NCBI GenBank assembly: GCA_023265595.1
Contig: JAHFSU010000004.1
Coordinates: forward strand, 1,667-65,666
DNA from: Deltaproteobacteria bacterium
GTDB lineage: Bacteria; UBA10199; SPLOWO2-01-44-7
Direction of reading: 5' to 3'
DNA length: 64,000 nucleotides
Shown here in pieces: positions 21,296 to 30,770 of the stretch. Below the pieces are notes generated by a model that searched no databases, was not told where the DNA came from, and saw nothing but the letters and a program-made list of their open reading frames with translations. Position numbers and translations under genes: made by a program. Position 1 is the first letter of the stretch. Each line of letters begins with the position of its first letter.

Positions 21296-21973
21296 ATGAG
21301 AATTCTGGTGGCGGAAGATGAGAAAAAGGTCCAGATATTCATCCGGCAAGCCTTGGAACAGGCGGGCATGACGGTCGATTCCGTCAAAACTTATTCGGAG
21401 CTCTTAGCCCTTTTGCAATCAACCTCCTATGACGCCCTCGTTCTCGACCGGTTGCTGCATGGCCGCGACATGGTCGATTCGCTCGGTGAAATCCGTGCGT
21501 ATGCAAAAAATGCCAAGCTGCTGATTTTAAGTGCCCTCTCCGACGTCGATGAAAAAGTCAAAGGTTTAAGCGAAGGGGCCGATGATTATCTCGGAAAACC
21601 GTTTCACGTGTCCGAGCTGCTTGCAAGACTCAGGGCCATCACAAGGCGCACCATTGAAAAAGGGACCGGAAAAGATACGCACCTTCGCTTCGACGACCTC
21701 TCCATCGATTTGGGGACTCAGAAGGTCTGGCGGGGCAACAATAAAATTATCCTGACCAACAAGGAATTTCGTGTCTTGTGTCTTCTGGCCCGCCACCCCG
21801 GTCAGATTTTTTCGAAGACGGCTATTTTAGATCAGGTTTGGGATCTCAATCACTATCCGGAGAGCAACATCATCGAGGTCACCATTGCGAATCTCCGTGC
21901 CAAAGTGGACAAAGGCCATAAACTGCTGATTCAGAGCCGGCGCGGTATCGGCTATTGGCTGGGCGAGTCATGA
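21296..21973 (+). CDS. OmpR-family two-component response regulator
   Basis: Receiver domain (MRILVAEDE...LDRLL..D) plus a winged-helix trans_reg_C region (..FRVLCLLARHPGQIFSKTAILDQVW..). Confidence 0.9.
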   Translation: MRILVAEDEKKVQIFIRQALEQAGMTVDSVKTYSELLALLQSTSYDALVLDRLLHGRDMVDSLGEIRAYAKNAKLLILSALSDVDEKVKGLSEGADDYLGKPFHVSELLARLRAITRRTIEKGTGKDTHLRFDDLSIDLGTQKVWRGNNKIILTNKEFRVLCLLARHPGQIFSKTAILDQVWDLNHYPESNIIEVTIANLRAKVDKGHKLLIQSRRGIGYWLGES

Positions 21974-23364
21974 AATCATCACTCCAGTCGAAAATCGCCA
22001 TTGCAATGTGGATTTTAGCGGCCGCGAGTATCTTAGCGGCGGCCACACTGAGCGGAACCCTGATGGTCCGCATCCACCGCGAATCGATCCGCCAGCAGTT
22101 GCAAGCCACTGCCACTAGTCTGATGAGCTTGGAAATTTCCAATTTTTCCGAACTAAATGATTTCGACCAATTTAACGATTTTATCGAAGACACGCTGCAG
22201 ATGGAACGGGTCGACAAAATCATCCGCATTTTTGACCAGAACGGAAAACTGATTTTTACCACCGTCGGTTTCGATTATGACCGGCTCCCGCCGCAAATTG
22301 AAAAGAAAGAGAAAGCCGAATTCACGACACTACTCGGAGAACACCACCAATATGAAAGCTTGATCATCCCTTATTTCGGAAAAAAGAAAAAACCGCTTTT
22401 TTTGCAGATCGCTATCCCGCTGCCCCACTATGCCGGACTCCTTAAAACGTTTTGGTCGGAAAGCCTCATCCTGATTTTGCTTCTGATCGCCTTTTCACTG
22501 CTGTTATCCCGGGCATTAGCGGTAAAATTACTAAAGCCGGTGCAGGCTATTGCAAACCATCTAAAAAAGATGGACCCCCGCCATATCGAGACATGGCAAC
22601 TTCTGGAAGGGACCGGTCAGGGGGAATACCTTTTCGAGATCACACAGGGAATCAACCTGCTGCTTGTAAAAACGCAGACGGCCGTAGCCCATCTCAAAAA
22701 AATGAGCCGCTACGTGGCGCACGAATTGCGGACACCGCTGACCATCCTGCAGGGAGAGGCGGAGACGGTTTTGGTAAAAGAAACGGGAGAAGAAAAAGAA
22801 TACCGACGCATCCTTAAAAGTTCTCTTGAGGAGATTCACAAGATGTCAGACATCATCAATGCTATTTTGCAAGTTGGTGACGACAGAAAAATGGCCATGT
22901 ATAGCGCCGTCCCTTTTGACATCGGTCAGTGGCTGGAGACAAACCAAAGGAACTGGGAAAAAATATTCGGCAGATCTCTCTCGCTGGAGATAGAACAAGG
23001 TCCAAAAGTTTCTTTGGGGGTCGATCCGAAACTCTTCTATCAACTGCTTGACAATCTTGTCCGCAACATCAGCCAACACACCCCGCCGCAAACAAAGGGC
23101 CTCCTTCGGGTTCAGCGGCGGAAGGACAAAACAATCCTCTCCGTGGAAGACGACGGGCCGGGACTCCCCCCGACAGTTCTCGCCTCATTGAATACGCACA
23201 AAAGCGCCTCGGAAAAGGCCGGAGTCGGTCTCCACTTTTGTTTTCGCATCGCTGAAATGGGCGGGATGGAGCTCGCATTTTCCCAAAGCGCGCTCAGAGG
23301 TCTCAAGGCCGAATTGACGCTGACAGAAGAAGATCGGGACGGTCATTCACCCACGCTAAAATAA
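21970..23364 (+). CDS. sensor histidine kinase
   Basis: Two TM segments, an H-box HELRTPLTILQGEAE, and an HATPase_c region (..DDGPGLPP..). The ATG overlaps the RR stop as ATGA. Confidence 0.85.
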   Translation: MKSSLQSKIAIAMWILAAASILAAATLSGTLMVRIHRESIRQQLQATATSLMSLEISNFSELNDFDQFNDFIEDTLQMERVDKIIRIFDQNGKLIFTTVGFDYDRLPPQIEKKEKAEFTTLLGEHHQYESLIIPYFGKKKKPLFLQIAIPLPHYAGLLKTFWSESLILILLLIAFSLLLSRALAVKLLKPVQAIANHLKKMDPRHIETWQLLEGTGQGEYLFEITQGINLLLVKTQTAVAHLKKMSRYVAHELRTPLTILQGEAETVLVKETGEEKEYRRILKSSLEEIHKMSDIINAILQVGDDRKMAMYSAVPFDIGQWLETNQRNWEKIFGRSLSLEIEQGPKVSLGVDPKLFYQLLDNLVRNISQHTPPQTKGLLRVQRRKDKTILSVEDDGPGLPPTVLASLNTHKSASEKAGVGLHFCFRIAEMGGMELAFSQSALRGLKAELTLTEEDRDGHSPTLK

Positions 23365-26300
23365 ATCGCCTGCGGATGATGGAAGACGATGGCCGAGACC
23401 GAGGCCTCCGGGTCCATCATAAAACCTTCAGTCAACTCAATCCCGATCTCTTCCGGTTTGAGGATTTGAAACAGCCGTTTTTGATCTTCGAGATTGGGAC
23501 AGGCGGGATAACCAAACGAATACCGCTTTCCCCGATATTTTGCCTGAAACCGTTCCATCATCGTCATCTCCGGCGAGTCGGGGAAACCCCATATTTTGCG
23601 AATCTGCGCATGGAGCCATTCGGCGTAGGCCTCAGCCGATTCCAACGCCAAAACCTGCAACACAATCGATTCGAGATAATGGCCCTTCTTTTTTAGTTCG
23701 TCTGCAACGTCACGAATCCCCTCCCCCACCGTTGTGCAAAACATGGCGATGTTGTCGGGCGCGGCGCCGGTTGGATTCACAAAATCAGAGAGGCAGAGAC
23801 TTTTGCGGGGGAAGGTGAAGACACACTGCAACCCTTCGACAAGCTCAGGGTGAGCGGAATTTGGATTGTCCGAACATGGTGAGCCTGTCGAACCATATAC
23901 GGTCAATAAATTCCCCTCGCTTACAACTCGAAAAAATTGATAGACGGCTTTCGGTTTCAGGTTTGTTTTGTATCTCTTTTTAACTTGAGAGACCGCCTCA
24001 AAAATTTCTTCCGATTTGGAATCGATTTTTTGACCGCTTTGCCACTTGCGAATGACATCTCCCTTGACACCTAAGTGCCGCCCGTAGAGCATCAGCGGAT
24101 TGACATATTGCCAAACCTGCTCGATGGGTGTGTTTTTTAAGATGTGCCTCTCCCAGTCGGAGGGTGGGGGAGGATTTTGAACAATTTCAATGTGGGGTGC
24201 CCGTTTAGCTTCTGATGCGGCATCCGGCGCCTCTAATTTTTTCTCTACAATTTTTACATCACCCCCCGCTTGGAGGCGCCTTGTATCCAGACACTTTTTG
24301 AATTCGGCGAATTTTTCACCGTCGACAATCGTCTTGGCGAGACTCAAACCGCTCATCGCATCGGCGGCATAAATTACGGTACCGTCGTAGGCCACCGCGA
24401 TTTTTTTATCGACAAAGTTGGAAGAAAGGGCCGCGCCGCCGCAAAGCATCGGCGGCGTTGTTTTCGCCTTTGAAAAATCTTCTGCCGTCACAACCATCTG
24501 CTGTGCCGATTTCACAAGGAGTCCGGAAAGGCCGACGATATCGGGGTGGTGTTCCTTAATGGCTGCGATCAACTGCTCCGGAGGAATTTTGATCCCTAAA
24601 TTGATCACTTCAAAACCGTTGTTCGATAAAATAATATCGACCAGATTTTTGCCGATGTCGTGGACATCCCCTTTCACCGTTGCGAGCAACACCTTTCCGC
24701 GAGAGGCTGAATCATTTTTCTCCATGAAGGGTTCCAAAAAACCGACCGCGGCCTTCATCGACTCGGCCGATTGCAGCACTTCGGCGACGATAAGCTGTTT
24801 GTCATTGAAAAGGCGGCCGACCTCGTCCATCCCTTTCATCAACGGCCCATTAATGATTTCAAGCGGTGTCTGTTTTTTAAGCGCTTCTTGGAGATCGTCG
24901 TACAGCCCATCTTTGGAACCTTCAATAATATAGCTGGCCAGTCTCTCTTCGAGCGGTATTTTCGATTTATCGACAACCTGCCGCGATTTTTGTCCGCGAA
25001 AATGGGCCGCAAACGCGGCAACCGGATCGGCGCCGCGGTTCCACAAAAGATCGTCGGCGAGTTGGACCTCTTCGGGAGGAATGCTCGAGAAACGTTCCAG
25101 TTTTTCGGAATTGACGATGGCCAAGTCGAGTCCCGCCTCGACACAGTGATGCAAAAAAATAGAATTTAAAACTTCGCGGCCTGTTGACGGCAAACCGAAA
25201 CTGACATTAGAGACACCCAACACCGTTTTGGTCCGCGGGTATTTTTGTTTAATGAGACGAATCCCCTCGATCGTTTCGACCGCAGATCCGACGTATTGCG
25301 CATCACCGGTGGCGCACGGAAAGACAAGGGCATCCCAATAAATGTCTTCTTCAGGAATGCCATATTTTTTCACGAGGAGTTCGTGAGAGCGCTCTGCCAC
25401 TTGCAGCTTGCGTTGGCGAGTCACCGCCATCCCCTGTTTCGGATCGTCATCAATGCAGCCGACCACAAGCGCCGCGCCGAATTTTTTGGCGAGAGGAACC
25501 ACTTTTTCAAAACGCTCTTCTCCATCCTCAAGATTAACCGAGTTGATAATCGCCTTTCCCTGACAATAGGCCAGCGCTTTTTCAATCACTTGGGCGTCGG
25601 TCGAATCGATCATGAGCGGCACTTTGATTTTGTGAATGACTTTGTTGAGGAAACATTCCATGTCTTCGAGCTCGTTGCGATCCGGATTGGCAAGGCAGAC
25701 ATCCATAATTTGGGCACCTTTTTTTACCTGAGCCCGTGCGATTTCGGAGGCTTCATCAAAACGATTTTCACAAATAAGCTCTTTGAATTTTTTGCTGCCG
25801 ATAACATTGGTTCTTTCGCCGACGATCACGGGGCGCATCTCTTCGGTGATTTCCAAATAGTCGATGCCCGACAAGACGGCACGTTTCTCTCTTGAGAGGA
25901 TGCGCGGTTTGTAGCGGGCGGCGAGTTCGCTTAAGAGACGAATGTGTTCCGGCGTTGTGCCGCAACAACCGCCGAGCAGATTGATCCAACCGTTTTGTAA
26001 AAATCGCTCAACCACCTGTCCTATCATTTGTGGTGTTTCAAGATAGCGCCCCTCTTCATCGGGAAGGCCGGCGTTGGGAACACAGGCCACCGGAAAGGGA
26101 GAAAGTCTGGCCAATGAGCGGATGTGGTCGGTCATGAACTCCGGGCCGGTGGCACAGTTGAGGCCGATATAAAGGAGGTCGCGGTGGAGAAGAGAGGTGA
26201 GGAGGGCTTCGACCGGCTGGCCGGCGAGCATCGTCCCCATCGGTTCGATAGTGCCGGAAATGGCGATAGGGATCCGATCGGCAAGACGGACTGACTTTTC

Positions 26301-26852
26301 CTCAAAAAGTTTGTCGATTCCCAAAAGGGCCGCCTTGATGTTGCGGGTGTCCTGGCATGTTTCGATCAGAAAATAATCGACGCCGCCGTCATACAAGCCG
26401 CGGGCCTGTTCGTAAAAATTTTGGATCAGTTCTTCAAAAGTGACGCCGCCTGTAACCGAAATTGCTTTTGTGGTGGGTCCGATGGAACCGGCAACAAAAC
26501 GGGGCCTGTCGACGGTTGCATATTTCTCACAGGCTTTGCGTGCCAACTGCGCCGCCGCCACATTGATCTCATAAGCCTTGGCCCCCAATCCATACTCCTC
26601 CAAAACCAAAGGGGTGGCCCCAAATGTGTTCGTCTCAACGATATCACAACCGGCTTCAAGATAGCTTTCGTGAATTTCTTGAATGACATCGGGGCGTGTT
26701 AAAATGAGGTGCTCGTTACATCCTTCCAGATTCTCCCCGCCGAAATCTTTGGGGGTCAAATGGCACCCCTGAATGGCGGTCCCCATCGCCCCGTCCAAAA
26801 CAAGGATTTTATTTTTGAGCTGTTCCTTTAACGGAACCGCAGATTCCGACAT
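23343..26852 (-). CDS. metH: cobalamin-dependent methionine synthase
   Basis: 1169 aa with Hcy-binding, pterin-binding, B12-binding (GDVHDIGKN) and AdoMet-activation domains in the canonical order. Confidence 0.95.
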   Translation of the reverse strand: MSESAVPLKEQLKNKILVLDGAMGTAIQGCHLTPKDFGGENLEGCNEHLILTRPDVIQEIHESYLEAGCDIVETNTFGATPLVLEEYGLGAKAYEINVAAAQLARKACEKYATVDRPRFVAGSIGPTTKAISVTGGVTFEELIQNFYEQARGLYDGGVDYFLIETCQDTRNIKAALLGIDKLFEEKSVRLADRIPIAISGTIEPMGTMLAGQPVEALLTSLLHRDLLYIGLNCATGPEFMTDHIRSLARLSPFPVACVPNAGLPDEEGRYLETPQMIGQVVERFLQNGWINLLGGCCGTTPEHIRLLSELAARYKPRILSREKRAVLSGIDYLEITEEMRPVIVGERTNVIGSKKFKELICENRFDEASEIARAQVKKGAQIMDVCLANPDRNELEDMECFLNKVIHKIKVPLMIDSTDAQVIEKALAYCQGKAIINSVNLEDGEERFEKVVPLAKKFGAALVVGCIDDDPKQGMAVTRQRKLQVAERSHELLVKKYGIPEEDIYWDALVFPCATGDAQYVGSAVETIEGIRLIKQKYPRTKTVLGVSNVSFGLPSTGREVLNSIFLHHCVEAGLDLAIVNSEKLERFSSIPPEEVQLADDLLWNRGADPVAAFAAHFRGQKSRQVVDKSKIPLEERLASYIIEGSKDGLYDDLQEALKKQTPLEIINGPLMKGMDEVGRLFNDKQLIVAEVLQSAESMKAAVGFLEPFMEKNDSASRGKVLLATVKGDVHDIGKNLVDIILSNNGFEVINLGIKIPPEQLIAAIKEHHPDIVGLSGLLVKSAQQMVVTAEDFSKAKTTPPMLCGGAALSSNFVDKKIAVAYDGTVIYAADAMSGLSLAKTIVDGEKFAEFKKCLDTRRLQAGGDVKIVEKKLEAPDAASEAKRAPHIEIVQNPPPPSDWERHILKNTPIEQVWQYVNPLMLYGRHLGVKGDVIRKWQSGQKIDSKSEEIFEAVSQVKKRYKTNLKPKAVYQFFRVVSEGNLLTVYGSTGSPCSDNPNSAHPELVEGLQCVFTFPRKSLCLSDFVNPTGAAPDNIAMFCTTVGEGIRDVADELKKKGHYLESIVLQVLALESAEAYAEWLHAQIRKIWGFPDSPEMTMMERFQAKYRGKRYSFGYPACPNLEDQKRLFQILKPEEIGIELTEGFMMDPEASVSAIVFHHPQAIYFSVGE

Positions 26853-26903
26853 GTGCGGTTGATTGCAACGGTTTTTGGCAAAAGTCCAGACTTTCCTTTA
26901 GAA

Positions 26904-26932
26904 GAGCATATGGTAGCAGCTACCATATGCTC
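26904..26932. promoter_or_regulatory. 29-bp perfect palindrome in the metH divergent promoter
   Basis: gagcatatggtagc-a-gctaccatatgctc, 14-bp arms. It lies 52 bp upstream of the metH start and ~96 bp upstream of the PCD gene start, so it is a candidate operator. Confidence 0.4.
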
Positions 26933-27027
26933 CTGTTGTGAAGGACACATACCACCGATGGAGTGATATTGATGGGGAATTTTTGATTGCCTTGACAATC
27001 GCAATCGGCCGAAAGTATGAACCGAAT

Positions 27028-27360
27028 ATGAGCAGCCTCTCCCAAAAAGAATGTCTCCCTTGCAAAGGGGGTATTCCTTCCCTGAAGGGGGAAAAATTGC
27101 AAAAGCTTCAGAAAGAATTGGGTAATGATTGGAATGTCGTCCGAGAGCATCATCTGGAAAAAGAGTTCAAATTCAAAAACTTTCGCGAAGCCTTAGGCTT
27201 TACCAATCGTGTCGGTGAGTTAGCGGAACAAGTAGGCCATCATCCCGATCTTTACCTCGCATGGGGAAAAGTTAAAATAACGATCTGGACCCACAAAATT
27301 GATGGCCTTACTGAAACCGATTTTATCTTTGCCGCAAAGGTCGATGTCCTGAATCAATAA
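27028..27360 (+). CDS. pterin-4-alpha-carbinolamine dehydratase
   Basis: About 110 aa with the conserved E-x-x-x-HHP core ..EQVGHHPDL...W.. of the PCD/DCoH family. Confidence 0.8.
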   Translation: MSSLSQKECLPCKGGIPSLKGEKLQKLQKELGNDWNVVREHHLEKEFKFKNFREALGFTNRVGELAEQVGHHPDLYLAWGKVKITIWTHKIDGLTETDFIFAAKVDVLNQ

Positions 27361-27791
27361 ATTTTATCAACCTTAATCGAAACAGGGGGATGGCCGACCG
27401 GAATCGGTTTTTTCGTTTTCCCTTCTAAATCCCCTTTTTGGGCCGGTCCAGCCAGTCCGTCTTGATCAATTCGAACCACAACAAAAAATTCGCCTTGAAA
27501 CGGAACATCGGACATCATGACATCGGCCTTCATTAGCTCAAATGATAGGGGAAATGTTCCGATCGGTAACCGCTTGACCGCCACCGGCGGACCCTGCTCT
27601 TGAGGTTTTGCCATGATGAATACGACCCCATGCGGTGGGATTTTCTTGGCGAACTTTGAATCGATCGTAACGGTTCCGGAAATCATCCCTCCATCCGCCC
27701 CGTTCGCCACCGGCTTGAATCCACTGTTACAACCAAAAACAAACAAGACCCCAAAAACCGCAACAACAGAAATAACCCAATTTGATTTCAT
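27354..27791 (-). CDS. hypothetical lipoprotein/secreted protein
   Basis: Start MKSNWVISVVAVFGVLFVFGCNSG (ATG 27791, GGGGGA RBS) is a lipoprotein-like signal. Confidence 0.5.
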   Translation of the reverse strand: MKSNWVISVVAVFGVLFVFGCNSGFKPVANGADGGMISGTVTIDSKFAKKIPPHGVVFIMAKPQEQGPPVAVKRLPIGTFPLSFELMKADVMMSDVPFQGEFFVVVRIDQDGLAGPAQKGDLEGKTKKPIPVGHPPVSIKVDKIY

Positions 27792-28669
27792 GATTTCCCC
27801 CTTGTTGAAGATGTTAATCCCAGCAGTTGAAATAACAATGGCCCCCCAAACGTCAACCAAAAACCGGCAAAGGCAAAAACCCACGTCTCTTTAGGCCCAA
27901 AGATCAAAAGAACCGGCACTAAAACAAGATTTCCAACCACAAGACGGACTAAACGTAAAAGAAACGGCCCACCCTCATCAAACATAAGCCATCGGCTTTT
28001 TGCCATCCATCCGAAACAGACACTCAACGTCAGATAAAGTGTTGCCAATCCCCAACTTGGAGGGACACCAGACGGAGCAAAAAGGATTAGAAAAACAGTG
28101 AAAAACAGAATCGCCCCAAAAATCCAAAAAACCATTGCCACGGATCGAAATCGCATAAAATATCTATCTAAACTTCCCTGCCACCTCCAAAAAAACCAGA
28201 GGGCCAAAGCCCCCAATACCCATCCCCCAAAAACATCGGTAGGATAATGAACTCCCAAATAAATACGCGAAAGCCCAATCAACAGAATGACCGTCACAGA
28301 CAAAAAGGTCACCCACCGTTTTTTGCAAAAAACAACCAGATAACCCCAATAAAGCATCCCATTCAATGCATGGCCCGAAGGAAAGGCGAAACCTTTTTCG
28401 TGCAAAATCCCAATCACATTCGGAAATGTTTGATACGGCCGCGGGAGCGCCACCACCGATTTAATCCAAAGACTGCTCCAATAATGAACAAATTGGGTCA
28501 AAAGGATAAGGCGGCAACCGAAGGAGTAAGAGATACACCAAACAAAACAACTCCACAAAAAAACAACCCCCTCAAAACCGCCAAAATAAGTTATAAATTT
28601 AAAAATCAAATCGAACTGGGGATGAAAATGGGTCTGAATCCAGATGATAAAGGGTTCTTGAAAGGCCAT
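27788..28669 (-). CDS. PAP2-family phosphatase (membrane)
   Basis: Multi-TM protein carrying the PAP2 motifs PSGH and SRIYLGVHYPTDV. Confidence 0.75.
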   Translation of the reverse strand: MAFQEPFIIWIQTHFHPQFDLIFKFITYFGGFEGVVFLWSCFVWCISYSFGCRLILLTQFVHYWSSLWIKSVVALPRPYQTFPNVIGILHEKGFAFPSGHALNGMLYWGYLVVFCKKRWVTFLSVTVILLIGLSRIYLGVHYPTDVFGGWVLGALALWFFWRWQGSLDRYFMRFRSVAMVFWIFGAILFFTVFLILFAPSGVPPSWGLATLYLTLSVCFGWMAKSRWLMFDEGGPFLLRLVRLVVGNLVLVPVLLIFGPKETWVFAFAGFWLTFGGPLLFQLLGLTSSTRGKS

Positions 28670-28695
28670 TTCAAATGTGGTTTAATAGGTCTACT

Positions 28696-29163
28696 ATGAA
28701 AAAACAATCCCTTTTTTTCTTTCTTGTTTTAATCCCCGCCCTTTCTTTGGCTCAGGCAAAAAAAACGGTCATCTCTGTGGAACAAAATAGTGATCCTCGT
28801 CTCATCGGCACATGGGCCACCGATTGTCTCACTCCCAGATTGGAGGATCCATGGTCTGAGAGACACACGTTTGTTTTTTATAAAAACTTTATGGCCCGAC
28901 ATGAACGGATTGCCTTTGATGCGCCGGGTTGTGCTGGTTCTGTTATCAACCATTTTGTCGACAACTACAAATATGTCATCGAAGGAAAAGTGTCGACAGG
29001 AGAAGGGGGCGGGCTGATTATTCTCAAAGGGGATAAAGGGGCCATGCAAGACAATTATTTTGTTGCCGGAAATATATTGACGTTTGGTCACGGTTTCCGC
29101 AACACCCAAAGCTATGGCACCCCTCTCAACACCTATCTTATTTACAAAAAACTCAGCAAATGA
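28696..29163 (+). CDS. secreted hypothetical protein
   Basis: Signal peptide MKKQSLFFFLVLIPALSLAQA. No known motif. Confidence 0.5.
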   Translation: MKKQSLFFFLVLIPALSLAQAKKTVISVEQNSDPRLIGTWATDCLTPRLEDPWSERHTFVFYKNFMARHERIAFDAPGCAGSVINHFVDNYKYVIEGKVSTGEGGGLIILKGDKGAMQDNYFVAGNILTFGHGFRNTQSYGTPLNTYLIYKKLSK

Positions 29164-29792
29164 AGTATCTATTTGCAACCGGCTTTTTATTTTTGAGTGC
29201 GGTCTCTCTGGCCGAATCTTTTGGCATGCTCCCCATCCCCGCTTTCAAACTGGCGATCCCCTACCCGCAAGGCTGGCAACATAATATTAATTTGGGAATG
29301 GGGGGATCTTTCGTAACACTCGATTTTACCCCCAACCAAGGAGATAAAAAAGCCCCCTCCGTTTATTTCATGGCGGCAAAAACAACGCAGATGACGCAGA
29401 TGGGAATGGGCGGGATGGGAGGGGCATTAAAAGGAATGAAAAATATACCGAGTGTTCCGGGCGTCGGTGGCCGATGGAGCGGAACACAAGCGGCTCCCGC
29501 CGGAGCCTCTTCCTCGGGGGAGCAAACCTCCCAAGCTGCATCGGGTGCGGCAATGCCGACGCCCGATATGCCCGCCTCCAACAAATCGATTGTTTGGTTA
29601 GGACAAAGGGTTGACAAAATGGACAGCACCGAAACACTTGAAGATGGATTGACGATCAAAACGCGCGGCGTTTCGGCGTTGATCGGAGATAAATCGGTCA
29701 TGTTTTCCTGCTCCGCCCCAGAGGAACTTTTCACTGTCGCATTTGGAAAGTTATGTGATCAGATTATCAAAGGGATGAAATGGATCCATTAA
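29160..29792 (+). CDS. secreted hypothetical protein (Gly/Met-rich middle)
   Basis: Signal peptide MKYLFATGFLFLSAVSLA, then GMGGMGGALKGM and Ser/Ala-rich low complexity. Confidence 0.5.
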   Translation: MKYLFATGFLFLSAVSLAESFGMLPIPAFKLAIPYPQGWQHNINLGMGGSFVTLDFTPNQGDKKAPSVYFMAAKTTQMTQMGMGGMGGALKGMKNIPSVPGVGGRWSGTQAAPAGASSSGEQTSQAASGAAMPTPDMPASNKSIVWLGQRVDKMDSTETLEDGLTIKTRGVSALIGDKSVMFSCSAPEELFTVAFGKLCDQIIKGMKWIH

Positions 29793-29885
29793 ATCAGTTG
29801 CCTAAAAACTCTTTCACCCTTATAATAGCTAAGCGATCAATGCCAAATAAATATTTTATTTTCAATGAGTTAGAAAGGATTTTCT

Positions 29886-30767
29886 ATGCCGGACTCTATC
29901 CAAATTCAAGAGTCCAAGACGGACATCATTTCAGTTCTTCCAAAGGAAATTATCCGACTGGAACCACGTCCGGAGGTGCAAAGCTATACCTTTAATGCCT
30001 ATCATCTTGCAGAGGCCTTAAAATTAAAAGAAATCGCCAAAATTTTTGAACTCAAACCGCATTTATTCAACCCGACGCAGCTCGTCTATGAACTGGCTGA
30101 AAATGGTTATTGTCTCTTTTATAATTTTGGTTCGGTTGTTTTTTTCAATGTTGACGAAACCGTTCAAAAAACGACCCTCGAAAGGATTAAAGAATTTCTC
30201 CCCAGCTCTGCAGAACCGGTTACCAGCGATGAATTTTTATTGGAGGTGGAACGCAAAACCAAGACGGAGGTCTTTTTTGAAAAAGTCGTTGTCGATAAAC
30301 TGACCCGCGAAAAAATCAAGCTCATCGCTTTAGTTTTGGCTCAATCGACAGCGTTGGAATATTTTGAAAACAAGGTAGAAGAAATTTTAAACCAATTGGG
30401 AGAGATTACCTCCCAACTTGGAAAAGCCAAAAAACTATCGGTTCCCGAGAAAAAAATCCGTCGGTTTATCGGACAAACCATGGCGACTAAGCAAAACCTG
30501 ATTGCCACCCTTTATCTCTTGGAAAAACCGGAAGAGACATGGGAGAGTAAAACACTGGATGATCTCCACCAAGAAGCAACATTGATGTTCGAACTACGCG
30601 ATCGCTTCCGTACCGTTGATTACAAACTCAAAATGATCCAAGACAATCTGGAGGTTCTCGCCAATTTTGCCACCAACCGACAGCATCTTCTGTTGGAATG
30701 GGCTATTGTCGGACTGATTGTGTTCGAAGTCATTTTGATTCTCTCCCAAATGTTTTTACAAAAATAG
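29886..30767 (+). CDS. DUF155/RMD1-like family protein (probable)
   Basis: 293 aa with a single C-terminal TM (EWAIVGLIVFEVILIL) and overall layout resembling DUF155. Assignment is by resemblance only. Confidence 0.4.
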   Translation: MPDSIQIQESKTDIISVLPKEIIRLEPRPEVQSYTFNAYHLAEALKLKEIAKIFELKPHLFNPTQLVYELAENGYCLFYNFGSVVFFNVDETVQKTTLERIKEFLPSSAEPVTSDEFLLEVERKTKTEVFFEKVVVDKLTREKIKLIALVLAQSTALEYFENKVEEILNQLGEITSQLGKAKKLSVPEKKIRRFIGQTMATKQNLIATLYLLEKPEETWESKTLDDLHQEATLMFELRDRFRTVDYKLKMIQDNLEVLANFATNRQHLLLEWAIVGLIVFEVILILSQMFLQK

Positions 30768-30770
30768 TTT

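Noticed and set aside
23376-26702. Multiple 90-215-aa ORFs antisense to metH (e.g. 24418..24933 +, 25245..25895 +) and similar antisense ORFs inside the PlsB-type acyltransferase gene (15105..15935 -), mutL, the RND gene and addA
   Set aside because: They are embedded opposite long, strongly conserved CDSs, have no RBSs and have odd composition. This is the typical shadow-ORF pattern of GC-moderate genomes.
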